Source: Planctomycetota bacterium | GTDB taxonomy: Bacteria > Planctomycetota > SZUA-567 > H5-PLA8 | Reading direction: 5' to 3' | Assembly: GCA_038227875.1 (NCBI GenBank) | Contig: JBBRPR010000046.1 | Location: forward strand, 1-64,000 | DNA: 64,000 bases | Part shown: positions 42,691-51,492 of the stretch, in pieces | How positions within the stretch are numbered: the first letter of the stretch is position 1 | Layout: each line of letters starts with the position of its first letter | The notes under the pieces: model-generated | What the model was told of the DNA's origin: nothing | Database searches by the model: none | Seen by the model: only the letters and a program-made list of their open reading frames with translations | Translations under genes and position numbers: made by a program

Positions 42691-44142
42691 ATGGCAATGG
42701 AAGATGGAAGTGGTGCGCCCGCCGATCCGCGTGTCCCGTTGGCCGCGTGGTATCTGCAGCCCGGCCTGCGACGCATGATGATGATTCCGTTGATGGAAGC
42801 GGTGGCGCTGACAGTCCTGCTGCTCTTGTTGCGACAGTCAGGCGGCGATCCGCGCGCCAATCTGGCGGAGAGCACTGCGGCCTTTATCGCCGCGGCCCCG
42901 CCTCCTGTCGCCAAGTCTGAAAACGCGGCTGAACTTTACGCCGCCGCCACGTTGCTGGTCCGTCCGGTTTCGGGTTTCTTAATTACCGCCCACCAAAGTT
43001 CCGAAGAAATGCAATCGCCGGCGTGGCTGGAAAACTCGGAGGCACGCGCCTATTACTCCGCCAATTTGCCGGCCATAAACGCGCTGCTACTGGCTACGCA
43101 AACTGAGAAGTGCAATTTTGGAGTCAACTACCCGCTGGGAAATTCCGCGCCGCTGCCTCAGCTGAAAAAGTTGCGCGAAGCCGGGCGCTTGCTCGCCCTG
43201 GATGCGCGCATGAAAGCCCATGCCGGAGATCACGCCGGCGCCGCCTCTACGCTGGCGGCGATGTATGCCTTGGCGCGCCACATCGGCAGCGATCGCTTTC
43301 TGATCTCGCAACTGGTGCAGATAGCGATCGAGTCCCAAGCCGACTCAACTCTCGAAAACATCGTGTGCTGCGATCCGCCCACGAAAACCGCGGAACTGGA
43401 AGCCTACCGCAAACAGCTCCGCACCAACCGCGAAGGCACCCAGCGCAGCATCGAGGCGCTCCAGACTGAAAAGAAGATGTGCCTCATGGGCATCGACACG
43501 TTTGCCACCAGCGGCTTGACCATGCCCATGGGAAAAAGTTCGGCCGTGGTCAATAACGATTTTTATGCCGCGCTCTTATACCCCTCTGATCGCGCCTGCT
43601 GCCAGGAAGTCATGGACGAATTCATGGCGCGGGCCGCTCGCGGCGAGACGATGGACGACACGGAAGTGGATGACTTTCTGTCCGCCCGCCAGATAGGGCC
43701 GATGGTAATGACGCGCATGATGTTGCCGGCGATGGGCCGTATCGTCTACCGCTTTCAACGCAACGACGAGTCGGCCCAACTGGCGGATACGGCGTTGGCG
43801 TTCCTGTTGTACCGGGCCAAATACGGTCGCGACGTGGCGCGGATTGACGATCTCGTCCCTGAATTTCTGCCAAAAGTTCCCACCGACTTCTTCCATCATC
43901 TTCCGCTCAAGCTCGCTTCGAGTCCCATTTCCGAAACGCAACACGGCTGGCAGAAGGAATTCTTCGGCGACCAGAATATCATCCGGATCTACAGCTTCGG
44001 CAAGAATGGCATCGACGAAAATGGCCTGGGCAATGAGGGCATGGACCCCGATGACCAGGCCTTCATCCTTCCGCCTCTGGGATTCAAGCCCGCTCCGCCC
44101 GTGAAAGCTCCCGCGGGATCAAACACCGGAGCCGACTTCTGA
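42691..44142 (+). CDS. planctomycete-type helical membrane-anchored protein with GspG-like C-terminus
   Basis: ENAAELY, LREAGRLL, LISQLV.IAIE, LVPEFLPKVPTDFF, IYSFGKNGIDENG. Confidence 0.65.
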   Translation: MAMEDGSGAPADPRVPLAAWYLQPGLRRMMMIPLMEAVALTVLLLLLRQSGGDPRANLAESTAAFIAAAPPPVAKSENAAELYAAATLLVRPVSGFLITAHQSSEEMQSPAWLENSEARAYYSANLPAINALLLATQTEKCNFGVNYPLGNSAPLPQLKKLREAGRLLALDARMKAHAGDHAGAASTLAAMYALARHIGSDRFLISQLVQIAIESQADSTLENIVCCDPPTKTAELEAYRKQLRTNREGTQRSIEALQTEKKMCLMGIDTFATSGLTMPMGKSSAVVNNDFYAALLYPSDRACCQEVMDEFMARAARGETMDDTEVDDFLSARQIGPMVMTRMMLPAMGRIVYRFQRNDESAQLADTALAFLLYRAKYGRDVARIDDLVPEFLPKVPTDFFHHLPLKLASSPISETQHGWQKEFFGDQNIIRIYSFGKNGIDENGLGNEGMDPDDQAFILPPLGFKPAPPVKAPAGSNTGADF

Positions 44143-44912
44143 TGGACGCCCCCGTTCCCAATCCCTCCGCCTCCATCGCTCCGCGGGGCGGAATTGTGGC
44201 GCGGTGGTTGCAGCGGCGTCGCGCGCGGCGAGAGGCTTCGCGCGACTTCGATTCACGCTGGGTCGGCCGCGCGCTGTTGTTGCCGGTTATCGCGTCCCAG
44301 TTCGTCTGGTTTCCAGTCGCCAACGCGGTCTCGGCGGCGCTGTTACTGGCCACGGCGCTGTGCGGCGCACTGATTTGCGCTTACTACGCGCATCTGCTTC
44401 TGGCGCGGCTGCAGTGTTCGCTGCTGGAATTCCTGGTGCTGATCGCCGGACTGGGCAGTTGGCTGGGAATGCTGCTGGCCAGTCCCGCGCTCTACGCGCT
44501 GGGGACGCACTGGGTCGTGATTCTCACACTCTTTGGCGCGGGCTGGGTGCTCCACGGCGCGGTGCTCGGAGTGGCACAAGCGCGACTGCTGGGCGTGGAA
44601 TCGCCGGCCGCCCGGGCGTGTCATATTCTTCTGGGTTGGATTACGTCCGGGTCGCGCGGTGTGCTGCTGCTGGGTTTGTCGCTGTCGCTGATTCGTCTCG
44701 CTGACCGGCGGAGCTTTGCAGAAATGCTCGGCCAGCGCTTGGCCACATGGGGAACCGCGCTCTTCATAGCGGGAATCGCCGGGGCCCTGCTGAGCTTCGT
44801 GGTGAATTTCAAAACCCGCCGCGCCGCACAGAAAATCCTGGGCGAAACCGTTCCCCAATCTCGCGCGATCAGTGCGGCTCAACCAGCGCACAATGCCACC
44901 TTCCCCGCGTGA
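44142..44912 (+). CDS. multi-TM hypothetical protein
   Basis: overlaps the upstream stop; ~6 hydrophobic segments. Confidence 0.6.
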   Translation: MDAPVPNPSASIAPRGGIVARWLQRRRARREASRDFDSRWVGRALLLPVIASQFVWFPVANAVSAALLLATALCGALICAYYAHLLLARLQCSLLEFLVLIAGLGSWLGMLLASPALYALGTHWVVILTLFGAGWVLHGAVLGVAQARLLGVESPAARACHILLGWITSGSRGVLLLGLSLSLIRLADRRSFAEMLGQRLATWGTALFIAGIAGALLSFVVNFKTRRAAQKILGETVPQSRAISAAQPAHNATFPA

Positions 44913-45028
44913 ATTTCTTCGCGAGGACCGTCAGGTCAATTGGCCTGCTGTGGGCTTTTAACCAGTAAGCCAATTGGGTCGCGGGGTCTGTGTCACTGGT
45001 GTGAGCATAAGGAAAATTTTCCTTATGC

Positions 45029-47980
45029 TCACTTCGCGGGCGTAAACGCCAGCCGCATGCCCAGCTCGTAGCTCCACGCGTTCGGCGAGAGGCTCCGGCG
45101 CGCCGTGGAGCGGCAGTCGATCGGGCGGAACAGATACGAGCCGCCGCGCAGCGCGCGCTTGGCGTTGCTGGGTACGTCTGTCGCGTCGGCAATGATCTCC
45201 GGCGCGTTGGGCGACTGTGCCTGGGGGTATTCGGAGTATGCGTCCTGGCACCACTGGAAGACGTTGCCCGACATATCCATCGCGCCGCACCAGCTGCGGT
45301 TGTCGAACGCCCCCACCGGCGCAGTGAACGCAAAGCCGTCGTCGGCTCCGGAATACGTCCAGCCCCGCGGTCCCAGCGGATGGAGCCGCTGATCGCTGTG
45401 GTTGGCGCGGCGGCCGTCCCAGGAATTGCCCCACGGGTAGTTGAAATTCTTCGGACCGCGCGCGGCGTATTCCCATTCGGCTTCCGTCGGCAGGCGCAGC
45501 GTTTTGCCGCACTGCTTCGACGCCCATTCCGCAAACGCAGTGCAGTCGCGCCAGTTCAAATTGACCACGGGATGATCTTCGCCTTGCTGGAATCCCGGCT
45601 TCATCCACGACGCGCCCGGCGTCAGCGTCCAGGCGTGATCGACGAGCGTGTACGCCTCGCCGCGGCGTTCGGCGGCGGTTCGGTACTGCGTCGCAGAGAC
45701 AAACGCACGGAACTGCGCGACGGTCACCGGCGTCTTGGCGATGTAGTACGCGCCCACGTCCACTCGGTGAGCTGGAACTTCGTCGGCGTAGTCTTTTTCG
45801 TCGGCCTGCGCTTTCCGGCAGAGCTCCGCCAGTGCGGAGCGATCGGTGCCCATCATGTACGTGCCGGCCGGCACGAGCACAAAATCCATCGAGATGCCAT
45901 TGCCCAGATCGGCCGTGACCTCCTTCGGCAGATCTGCGCTCACCGCCAGTGGCGCCGGCGCGGGCTTGGCTGCTTCGGCGAGCTTCTTGGCTTCGGCCGC
46001 TTCCTGATCGGCTTTCGCCTTGCCTTCGGCGAGCTTCGCGGCTTCCTCGGCTTTTGCCTTCGCAGCGGCGGCCGCAATCGCGGCCTGTTTTTCCGGCTCA
46101 GTCTTTTTCGCTTCGGCGGCTTCGGCTTCAGCTTTCGCCTTGGCGGCGGCTTCCTGTTCGGCCTTGGCGCGCGCTTCAGCTTCGGCGATCTTCTTCTTTT
46201 CGATTTCCTCAGCCTTCAGCTTTTCCGCGGCGGCGACTTTGGCGTCTTCTTCAGCCTTCAGTTTCGCGGCTTCCGCGGCCTGCTTTTCCGCGTCGTCTTT
46301 CTTCGCCTTTTCGGCGGCTTCCGCTTCAGCCTTCAGCTTCGCGTCCTGCTCTTCCTTCGCTTTCGCTTCGGCCGCGAGCTTCGCCTTGGCTGCTTCCTCT
46401 TCCTTGGCCTTCGCTTCGACAGCAGCGGCCGCGACTTTGTCCTCTTCGGCTTTCTTGTCGGCGGCGAGCTTGTCCGCGTCGGCCTTGGCTTTGGCTTCGG
46501 CGTCAGCTTTTTCTTTTGCCTCTCGCTCGGCTCGTTCCTTATCGGGGACCTTGTCCGGCACAACTGCAACGACCGGCGGCTTCTTCTTGCCCAGGAATCC
46601 CAACTGCCACGCGCCACCCGCGACGGCGATCAGCAGCAGCGCGGCGGCCATCAGCGGCATCATCATGCTGCGTTTGGGAGCGGCGCCGACTTCCTCCAAC
46701 TCCGCGCCTTCCTCGATGCTCTGATCGGGAATCGTGATCTCCGCCGTGTCCGGAACTTCTTCGATGGTTCCCGCCGGAGTCGACGCCAGATCCTGCGCCA
46801 GCGCTTCGGTCTCAGCGCTCGCGCCACGCCCCGATGCGGGCCCCGCCACCGGGAAGGACAGCTTGCCGCCAATGACTGTGACATCGTCGCCCGGTCCGCC
46901 CGAGGCCGCCGATGCGGTGGACTCCGCCGCCATCGGTTCAGCGTTGGAGAGAAAATTCTTGATCGCCGGATCCAGATGCGCGACCGTCGGCAGCAGCGCA
47001 TCGATGGCTTTCAACGCTTCGGCCTGCGCTTCCACCGTGCCGTTGTAGGCGCTGCGGGCGAGCTTCAAAGCGTTGAGCAGGATCGACCCGTTCTGGAATC
47101 GCGCCGACGCGTTCTTCTTTAGGCACGCTTCAACCACGCGGTTGGTCGCGCGCGAAACATCGGGCCGCCACGTCCGCAGGTCGTTGCTGTCGTGTGTCAC
47201 CGTCGACGAGAGCACCACGCTCAGGCTCGGCCCACCAAACGGCGGCTGGCCGACCAGCAGGCCGTACATCGTCGCACCCACCGAAAAGATATCCGATGCC
47301 GCCGTAATGTTCTTCGAGCCGACCGCTTCTTCCGGCGACATGAATCCGGGCGTACCGGTTTCCGCCGGCGAACCTTCGAGCATGCGGGCCGTGGCGTCGT
47401 TGTACGCCAGTCCGAGATCGGCGAGCTTGGCCTGCGCGTACAGCGGCGTGTCGTTGTTCTCACCATTCGGGATGATGATGCTCGACGGGCGGATATCGCG
47501 GTGGATGAACCCCGCGGCGTGTGCGGCGGCCAGACCCTCGCAGGCGGCGATGCACAGTTCGAGCACCGCGACTTCGTCCATGCCGGGCTTCAGGCGTTCG
47601 CGCAGGATCGTCAGCTGATGCTGAGCCGAACGGCCGTTGATGTACTCCATGACCTGGAAGAACACGTCCGCTTCCGTGCCTACTTCATAAACCTTGACCA
47701 GCCGCGGTGACTCCACCGATTCCGCCGCGCGCGCATTGGCGAGGAACAGGCCGAAGCGTTCGGTGCGTTCATCCTTCGCATACGGAATAATTTTGACCGC
47801 GACTTCGCGATCCAGCGTCGGGTGCACGGCGCGATAGCAGGCGCCGCTTTCGCCTTGTCCAATCTTGGTGAGCAACGGAATGCCGCCAAGCGCGGGCTGT
47901 CGAAACGCGCCGACCTGCATGCGGCCGACACTCTGCAGTAAAGTTTCGTGGGTGAGGTCCTGACTGGTAATTTCTGCCAT
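45029..47980 (-). CDS. kinase-fold + TM + TolA-like AEK coil + FGE-sulfatase (SUMF1) domain protein
   Basis: VAVK, HRDIRPSS, DLG; TM; AEAKAK repeats; FVLVPAGTYMMG, PVVNLNW, RLPTEAEWEYAARG, DMSGNVFQW, RGGSY. Confidence 0.88.
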   Translation of the reverse strand: MAEITSQDLTHETLLQSVGRMQVGAFRQPALGGIPLLTKIGQGESGACYRAVHPTLDREVAVKIIPYAKDERTERFGLFLANARAAESVESPRLVKVYEVGTEADVFFQVMEYINGRSAQHQLTILRERLKPGMDEVAVLELCIAACEGLAAAHAAGFIHRDIRPSSIIIPNGENNDTPLYAQAKLADLGLAYNDATARMLEGSPAETGTPGFMSPEEAVGSKNITAASDIFSVGATMYGLLVGQPPFGGPSLSVVLSSTVTHDSNDLRTWRPDVSRATNRVVEACLKKNASARFQNGSILLNALKLARSAYNGTVEAQAEALKAIDALLPTVAHLDPAIKNFLSNAEPMAAESTASAASGGPGDDVTVIGGKLSFPVAGPASGRGASAETEALAQDLASTPAGTIEEVPDTAEITIPDQSIEEGAELEEVGAAPKRSMMMPLMAAALLLIAVAGGAWQLGFLGKKKPPVVAVVPDKVPDKERAEREAKEKADAEAKAKADADKLAADKKAEEDKVAAAAVEAKAKEEEAAKAKLAAEAKAKEEQDAKLKAEAEAAEKAKKDDAEKQAAEAAKLKAEEDAKVAAAEKLKAEEIEKKKIAEAEARAKAEQEAAAKAKAEAEAAEAKKTEPEKQAAIAAAAAKAKAEEAAKLAEGKAKADQEAAEAKKLAEAAKPAPAPLAVSADLPKEVTADLGNGISMDFVLVPAGTYMMGTDRSALAELCRKAQADEKDYADEVPAHRVDVGAYYIAKTPVTVAQFRAFVSATQYRTAAERRGEAYTLVDHAWTLTPGASWMKPGFQQGEDHPVVNLNWRDCTAFAEWASKQCGKTLRLPTEAEWEYAARGPKNFNYPWGNSWDGRRANHSDQRLHPLGPRGWTYSGADDGFAFTAPVGAFDNRSWCGAMDMSGNVFQWCQDAYSEYPQAQSPNAPEIIADATDVPSNAKRALRGGSYLFRPIDCRSTARRSLSPNAWSYELGMRLAFTPAK

Positions 47981-48245
47981 GCGTCCCCGCCGATCCGTGT
48001 GAGTCCACGACATGATGCGCAGCGCGCAGTTATGTCATTGTTTTCCGACGACAACACAACGTGCAAAGTTCACCTGAAGCTTAGTGACCGGAAGTGCCGA
48101 TACAACAAGTTTTGCGGAAAAATCTCCTCTACCTTAATTCACGCAAGCAACCTTCTCTCTGATTCGCCATTTTTTATGGAACTTTCTTCCCGATCACTCG
48201 TTCTAAACCTACATGTGTTGATTCGACCACTGAACAGGAGAAGCC

Positions 48246-48842
48246 ATGCGTTACTCATTAACGTTACTTATCGTGATGACCGCTCTCGCTCGAGCGGACG
48301 TTTCCCCAAAGCCACCCACGCCGCCGAAACCCGTGCCGCCGATCAAAGTGGACGTGGTGGAAAACGAGAAGCCACAAAATGCCGCGGAGGTCAAAGTCGA
48401 TCTCGTCGCGCATCTCGGCTCGGCTCCCCTCAAATTGGAAATTCCACGCAAGGTCTTGGAGCAGCTCAACGCCCCGGTGAGCACTCCGGCCAAAAAGGGA
48501 TCCAGCTTGTCTCCGCGTAAAGCGATCACGACAGGCCTGGCGTTCACTCTGGCCTTGGCGCTGGGTGGACTGTGGTTCTCGGTCCGGCGTCCCGGCCACG
48601 CGCGGCATGTGCTCATGCTTGCGGCCATCGCCATGCTCGGCCTCAGCGCCAGCTCCGCTTCGTGGGCCGATAGCCCGCCCGGAGATCGTCCGAAACGCGA
48701 GGAAGCCCCCGTAGAATTCCAGGACATGAAGATGGGCAAGGTAACTATTGAAGTGGTGGACGGCCCTGCGGAATCCCTCGTGATCCTAAAGAGCGACGAT
48801 GCAGACCTGCTGATCAAAGGCAAGAAGGAAGGTGACAAATGA
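48246..48842 (+). CDS. ADxxP protein 1 (signal peptide + internal TM hairpin/second signal)
   Basis: AGGAG RBS; ALARA|DVSP...GLAFTLALALGGLWFSVRR...SASWA|DSPP. Confidence 0.75.
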   Translation: MRYSLTLLIVMTALARADVSPKPPTPPKPVPPIKVDVVENEKPQNAAEVKVDLVAHLGSAPLKLEIPRKVLEQLNAPVSTPAKKGSSLSPRKAITTGLAFTLALALGGLWFSVRRPGHARHVLMLAAIAMLGLSASSASWADSPPGDRPKREEAPVEFQDMKMGKVTIEVVDGPAESLVILKSDDADLLIKGKKEGDK

Positions 48843-49405
48843 AACCACAGTCAGCATTCCTGAAGTACTTACTGGTGTTGACGTTCGTCCTATTGGCGCT
48901 TCCTTTGAGCGCCGATGAAGCGCCAGCGCCGCTCGGAGCTGTTAAACCGCCGCCCGTCTCGGTAAAAATTGACGCGAAGGCGACGGAAACACACATCCAA
49001 ATCTCCCGTGAGGCTCTGAAACAGTTGCTGAATTTGAAGGAAAATCATGGCGACGGCAGTGTCGGATTCATCTCCAGCCCGGACCGCACTCTCGGAGCGG
49101 GGTTGGCAATGTCGTTGGCTCTGGTCCTCGGTGGCCTTTACCTCGCACGCAAGCGCGGAGGCCGCGCGGTTTTAAGTCCCATGGCGATGCTGGCGATCAT
49201 CGGCGTGCTCTGCGCCGGGTCCGTTGCGCTAGCCGATAAAGCACCAACCGTCCCCCCGGTTTCACCGGCAGTCCCCGCTGATCGCTCCGTGGCCAATCCT
49301 GCAAATTCGTCCATCGTTGTGAGTGATCGCGACGCGGCGGAATTCACAATTAACCCCATGATCCTGCGCCTGGTGAAACGGCGCCTGACACCCAAAGGCA
49401 ACTGA
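48839..49405 (+). CDS. ADxxP protein 2, paralog of protein 1
   Basis: ATGA overlap; PLSA|DEAP...GLAMSLALVLGGLYLARKR...SVALA|DKAP. Confidence 0.75.
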   Translation: MKPQSAFLKYLLVLTFVLLALPLSADEAPAPLGAVKPPPVSVKIDAKATETHIQISREALKQLLNLKENHGDGSVGFISSPDRTLGAGLAMSLALVLGGLYLARKRGGRAVLSPMAMLAIIGVLCAGSVALADKAPTVPPVSPAVPADRSVANPANSSIVVSDRDAAEFTINPMILRLVKRRLTPKGN

Positions 49406-49421
49406 TTCGAAGGGATAGGTA

Positions 49422-49592
49422 ATGCATTCAATACTTACAGCAGCAAACGCCTTCCTGGCGGACATTGCTCCGCGCCGCGAGTTGACTCCAATGAAGACCT
49501 CCGACTACGCACTTCCGGTCGTCGGAGTTCTCTTTGTGGCGCTGACGGCATTCATAGTGATCCGCTCATTGAAACGGAAACGAGATAAGTAA
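49422..49592 (+). CDS. 56-aa ADxxP peptide with TM and basic tail (not in ORF track)
   Basis: MHSILTAANAFLA|DIAPRRELTPMKTSDYALPVVGVLFVALTAFIVIRSLKRKRDK*; fills the gap in the operon. Confidence 0.65.
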   Translation: MHSILTAANAFLADIAPRRELTPMKTSDYALPVVGVLFVALTAFIVIRSLKRKRDK

Positions 49593-49597
49593 CCGTC

Positions 49598-50641
49598 ATG
49601 AACTCCGCGCCCTCGACGCTGACCTCAGGAGTGCCCGCATTCAACGGCAACGTTGAGCCGCGTGCGCTTTCCTCCGCGTGGTATTTTGGCGGAGCTGCGT
49701 TGGCTTTGGCGCTGCTGGCCGCGACGCTGGCCGGTTGCGTGCCGCTCGGATTTTCGATCGTCACGGTCTTCCTCTTCGCCGGTCCGCACAATTGGCTGGA
49801 GACCCGTTACTTTCTCTCCCGCATGCCGGCGCATTGGGGGCCGCTGCGTTCCTTTTTTCTGCTCGCCATCGGCGGAGCCATCACGCTGACGGCCAGTTTC
49901 GCGGCGCTGCCGTGGCTGGCCCGCTCGCTGAATTGGAGCGACGGCGCGTGGTCGACGTCGATCTCTGTTTGGAATACGGCGCTGGTGCTCTGGATCGCCA
50001 CGCTGATCGATCTGCGTGGGCGCCAGTCGCCGCGGCGCGATTGGTCCTGGTCGTACGCCGCCGGTTTTGCGTTCATCAGCGTCGCGTGGCTGATGCCGCA
50101 GGCCTGGGACTTGGGACTCGTCTACCTCCACCCGCTGGTGGCGCTGTTTTTTCTCGACCGTGAGTTGGGACGGAATCGTCCACAGTGGCGCAGCGCCTAT
50201 CGCCTCGCGTTGCTGAGTGTACCGCTGCTGCTCACGGTGCTCTGGTTGAACTTGAAGAACGCCGCGCCGCTGCCGGGCGATGATGCGCTGAGCGTCCGCA
50301 TTACGCAGCACGCGGGCGCTGGAATCTTGACCGGCGTCTCGTCGCATTTTCTCGTCGCCGCGCATACGTTTCTGGAAATGCTCCACTACAGCGTCTGGCT
50401 TATCGCCATTCCGCTGGTCGGGATGAAGGCTGCGCCATGGTCGTTGAACTCCGTGCCGCTCTACCGGCGTTCACCGCTCTGGCGCAAGGTCGTATGTGGA
50501 ATCGTGCTCTGCGGCGGAGTGTTGGTCGTCGTATTGTGGAGCGCGTTCCTCGCCGACTACCCGATGACACGCGACATTTACTTCACCGTCGCGATGCTGC
50601 ATGTGCTGGCGGAAGTACCCTTCTTGCTGAGGACAATTTAG
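49598..50641 (+). CDS. His-rich polytopic membrane protein of unknown function
   Basis: AGPHNWLE, YLHP, AHTFLEMLHY, LHVLAEVP within ~8-9 TM segments. Confidence 0.8.
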   Translation: MNSAPSTLTSGVPAFNGNVEPRALSSAWYFGGAALALALLAATLAGCVPLGFSIVTVFLFAGPHNWLETRYFLSRMPAHWGPLRSFFLLAIGGAITLTASFAALPWLARSLNWSDGAWSTSISVWNTALVLWIATLIDLRGRQSPRRDWSWSYAAGFAFISVAWLMPQAWDLGLVYLHPLVALFFLDRELGRNRPQWRSAYRLALLSVPLLLTVLWLNLKNAAPLPGDDALSVRITQHAGAGILTGVSSHFLVAAHTFLEMLHYSVWLIAIPLVGMKAAPWSLNSVPLYRRSPLWRKVVCGIVLCGGVLVVVLWSAFLADYPMTRDIYFTVAMLHVLAEVPFLLRTI

Positions 50642-51016
50642 TTGTCGGATACGACCTGGCTTTGGGAATTCCTGCCGCGCGGGTATCTCCAATCGATCGC
50701 CATCGAGACGCCCGTGCTGCTGCTGGGCCTCTCGCGCATTCACCCACTGAAGCATAAGCTTATCGCTGGTGTCTGGTTGACCGCGTGTACGTATCCCATC
50801 GTCGTGCTGGTGCTGCCATGTTTAATCTCCATGGAGACGCACCGAGTCGCGTACCTGATCGTCGCCGAGACCTTCGCTCCTGCCGCCGAATGCGCGCTCT
50901 TCTGGGCCGCGTTCATCCGCAGCAATCCCGAAGCGCAGCCGGGCTTTTGGCGCGATATGATCACGGTGACGCTGGCCAATCTGGCGTCGTTTGGACTCGG
51001 TATGCTGTTGCAATAA
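50642..51016 (+). CDS. small integral membrane protein
   Basis: abuts the upstream stop; IAIETPVLLLGL, TACTYP, AETFAP.AEC, ANLASF. Confidence 0.75.
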   Translation: MSDTTWLWEFLPRGYLQSIAIETPVLLLGLSRIHPLKHKLIAGVWLTACTYPIVVLVLPCLISMETHRVAYLIVAETFAPAAECALFWAAFIRSNPEAQPGFWRDMITVTLANLASFGLGMLLQ

Positions 51017-51198
51017 GGTGTTTTTTTGTGTTGGCGCCGGTACCTTAACAGGCGGTTTTCTACGCGATATCAAGTCGTAGATTGGTCAACCGACGCGAAA
51101 TGGACGCCCTATGAACTCGTTAAGTGCAAAACAAATTTGTATTGAGATCGCTCATCTACTGACTTCGGAGGTTATACGTCCAGAAGAACGGTCCCGTC

Positions 51199-51285
51199 TT
51201 AACGTTCGAACACTTCGGCGAAGGCGGTCTGGTCCCGCTGCAGGATCGCAGCGTTCAGCAGCGCGTGGTCGTCGCGCGCCTCCAT
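51199..51285 (-). pseudogene. N-terminal remnant of an ECF sigma factor
   Basis: MEARDDHALLNAAILQRDQTAFAEVFER* resembles the D..LL......D..AF..L..R start of ECF sigma factors. Confidence 0.4.
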
Positions 51286-51492
51286 GCTGGAGAGATCCTG
51301 TGCCAGGTTCGTGTCCAGAGCACCCGTTGTAAGCCCCGCCCAGCCCGATACGCAGCCATTTCTTCGCTCTCGAATTCCTTCCCTCCACCGACAGGAACTG
51401 GCAACCTGATTTTTAAAAATTCGTGAAAAGAAAACCGGGAAACTTCTTTTGAAGTTCCCCGGTTCGGTAATGACCTCTGATTTTTCACACCA

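Noticed and set aside
45960..46520. Repetitive GCTTCGGC/CTTCGC tract as a possible repeat array
   Set aside because: Encodes the AEK-rich helical linker; no constant repeat-spacer structure
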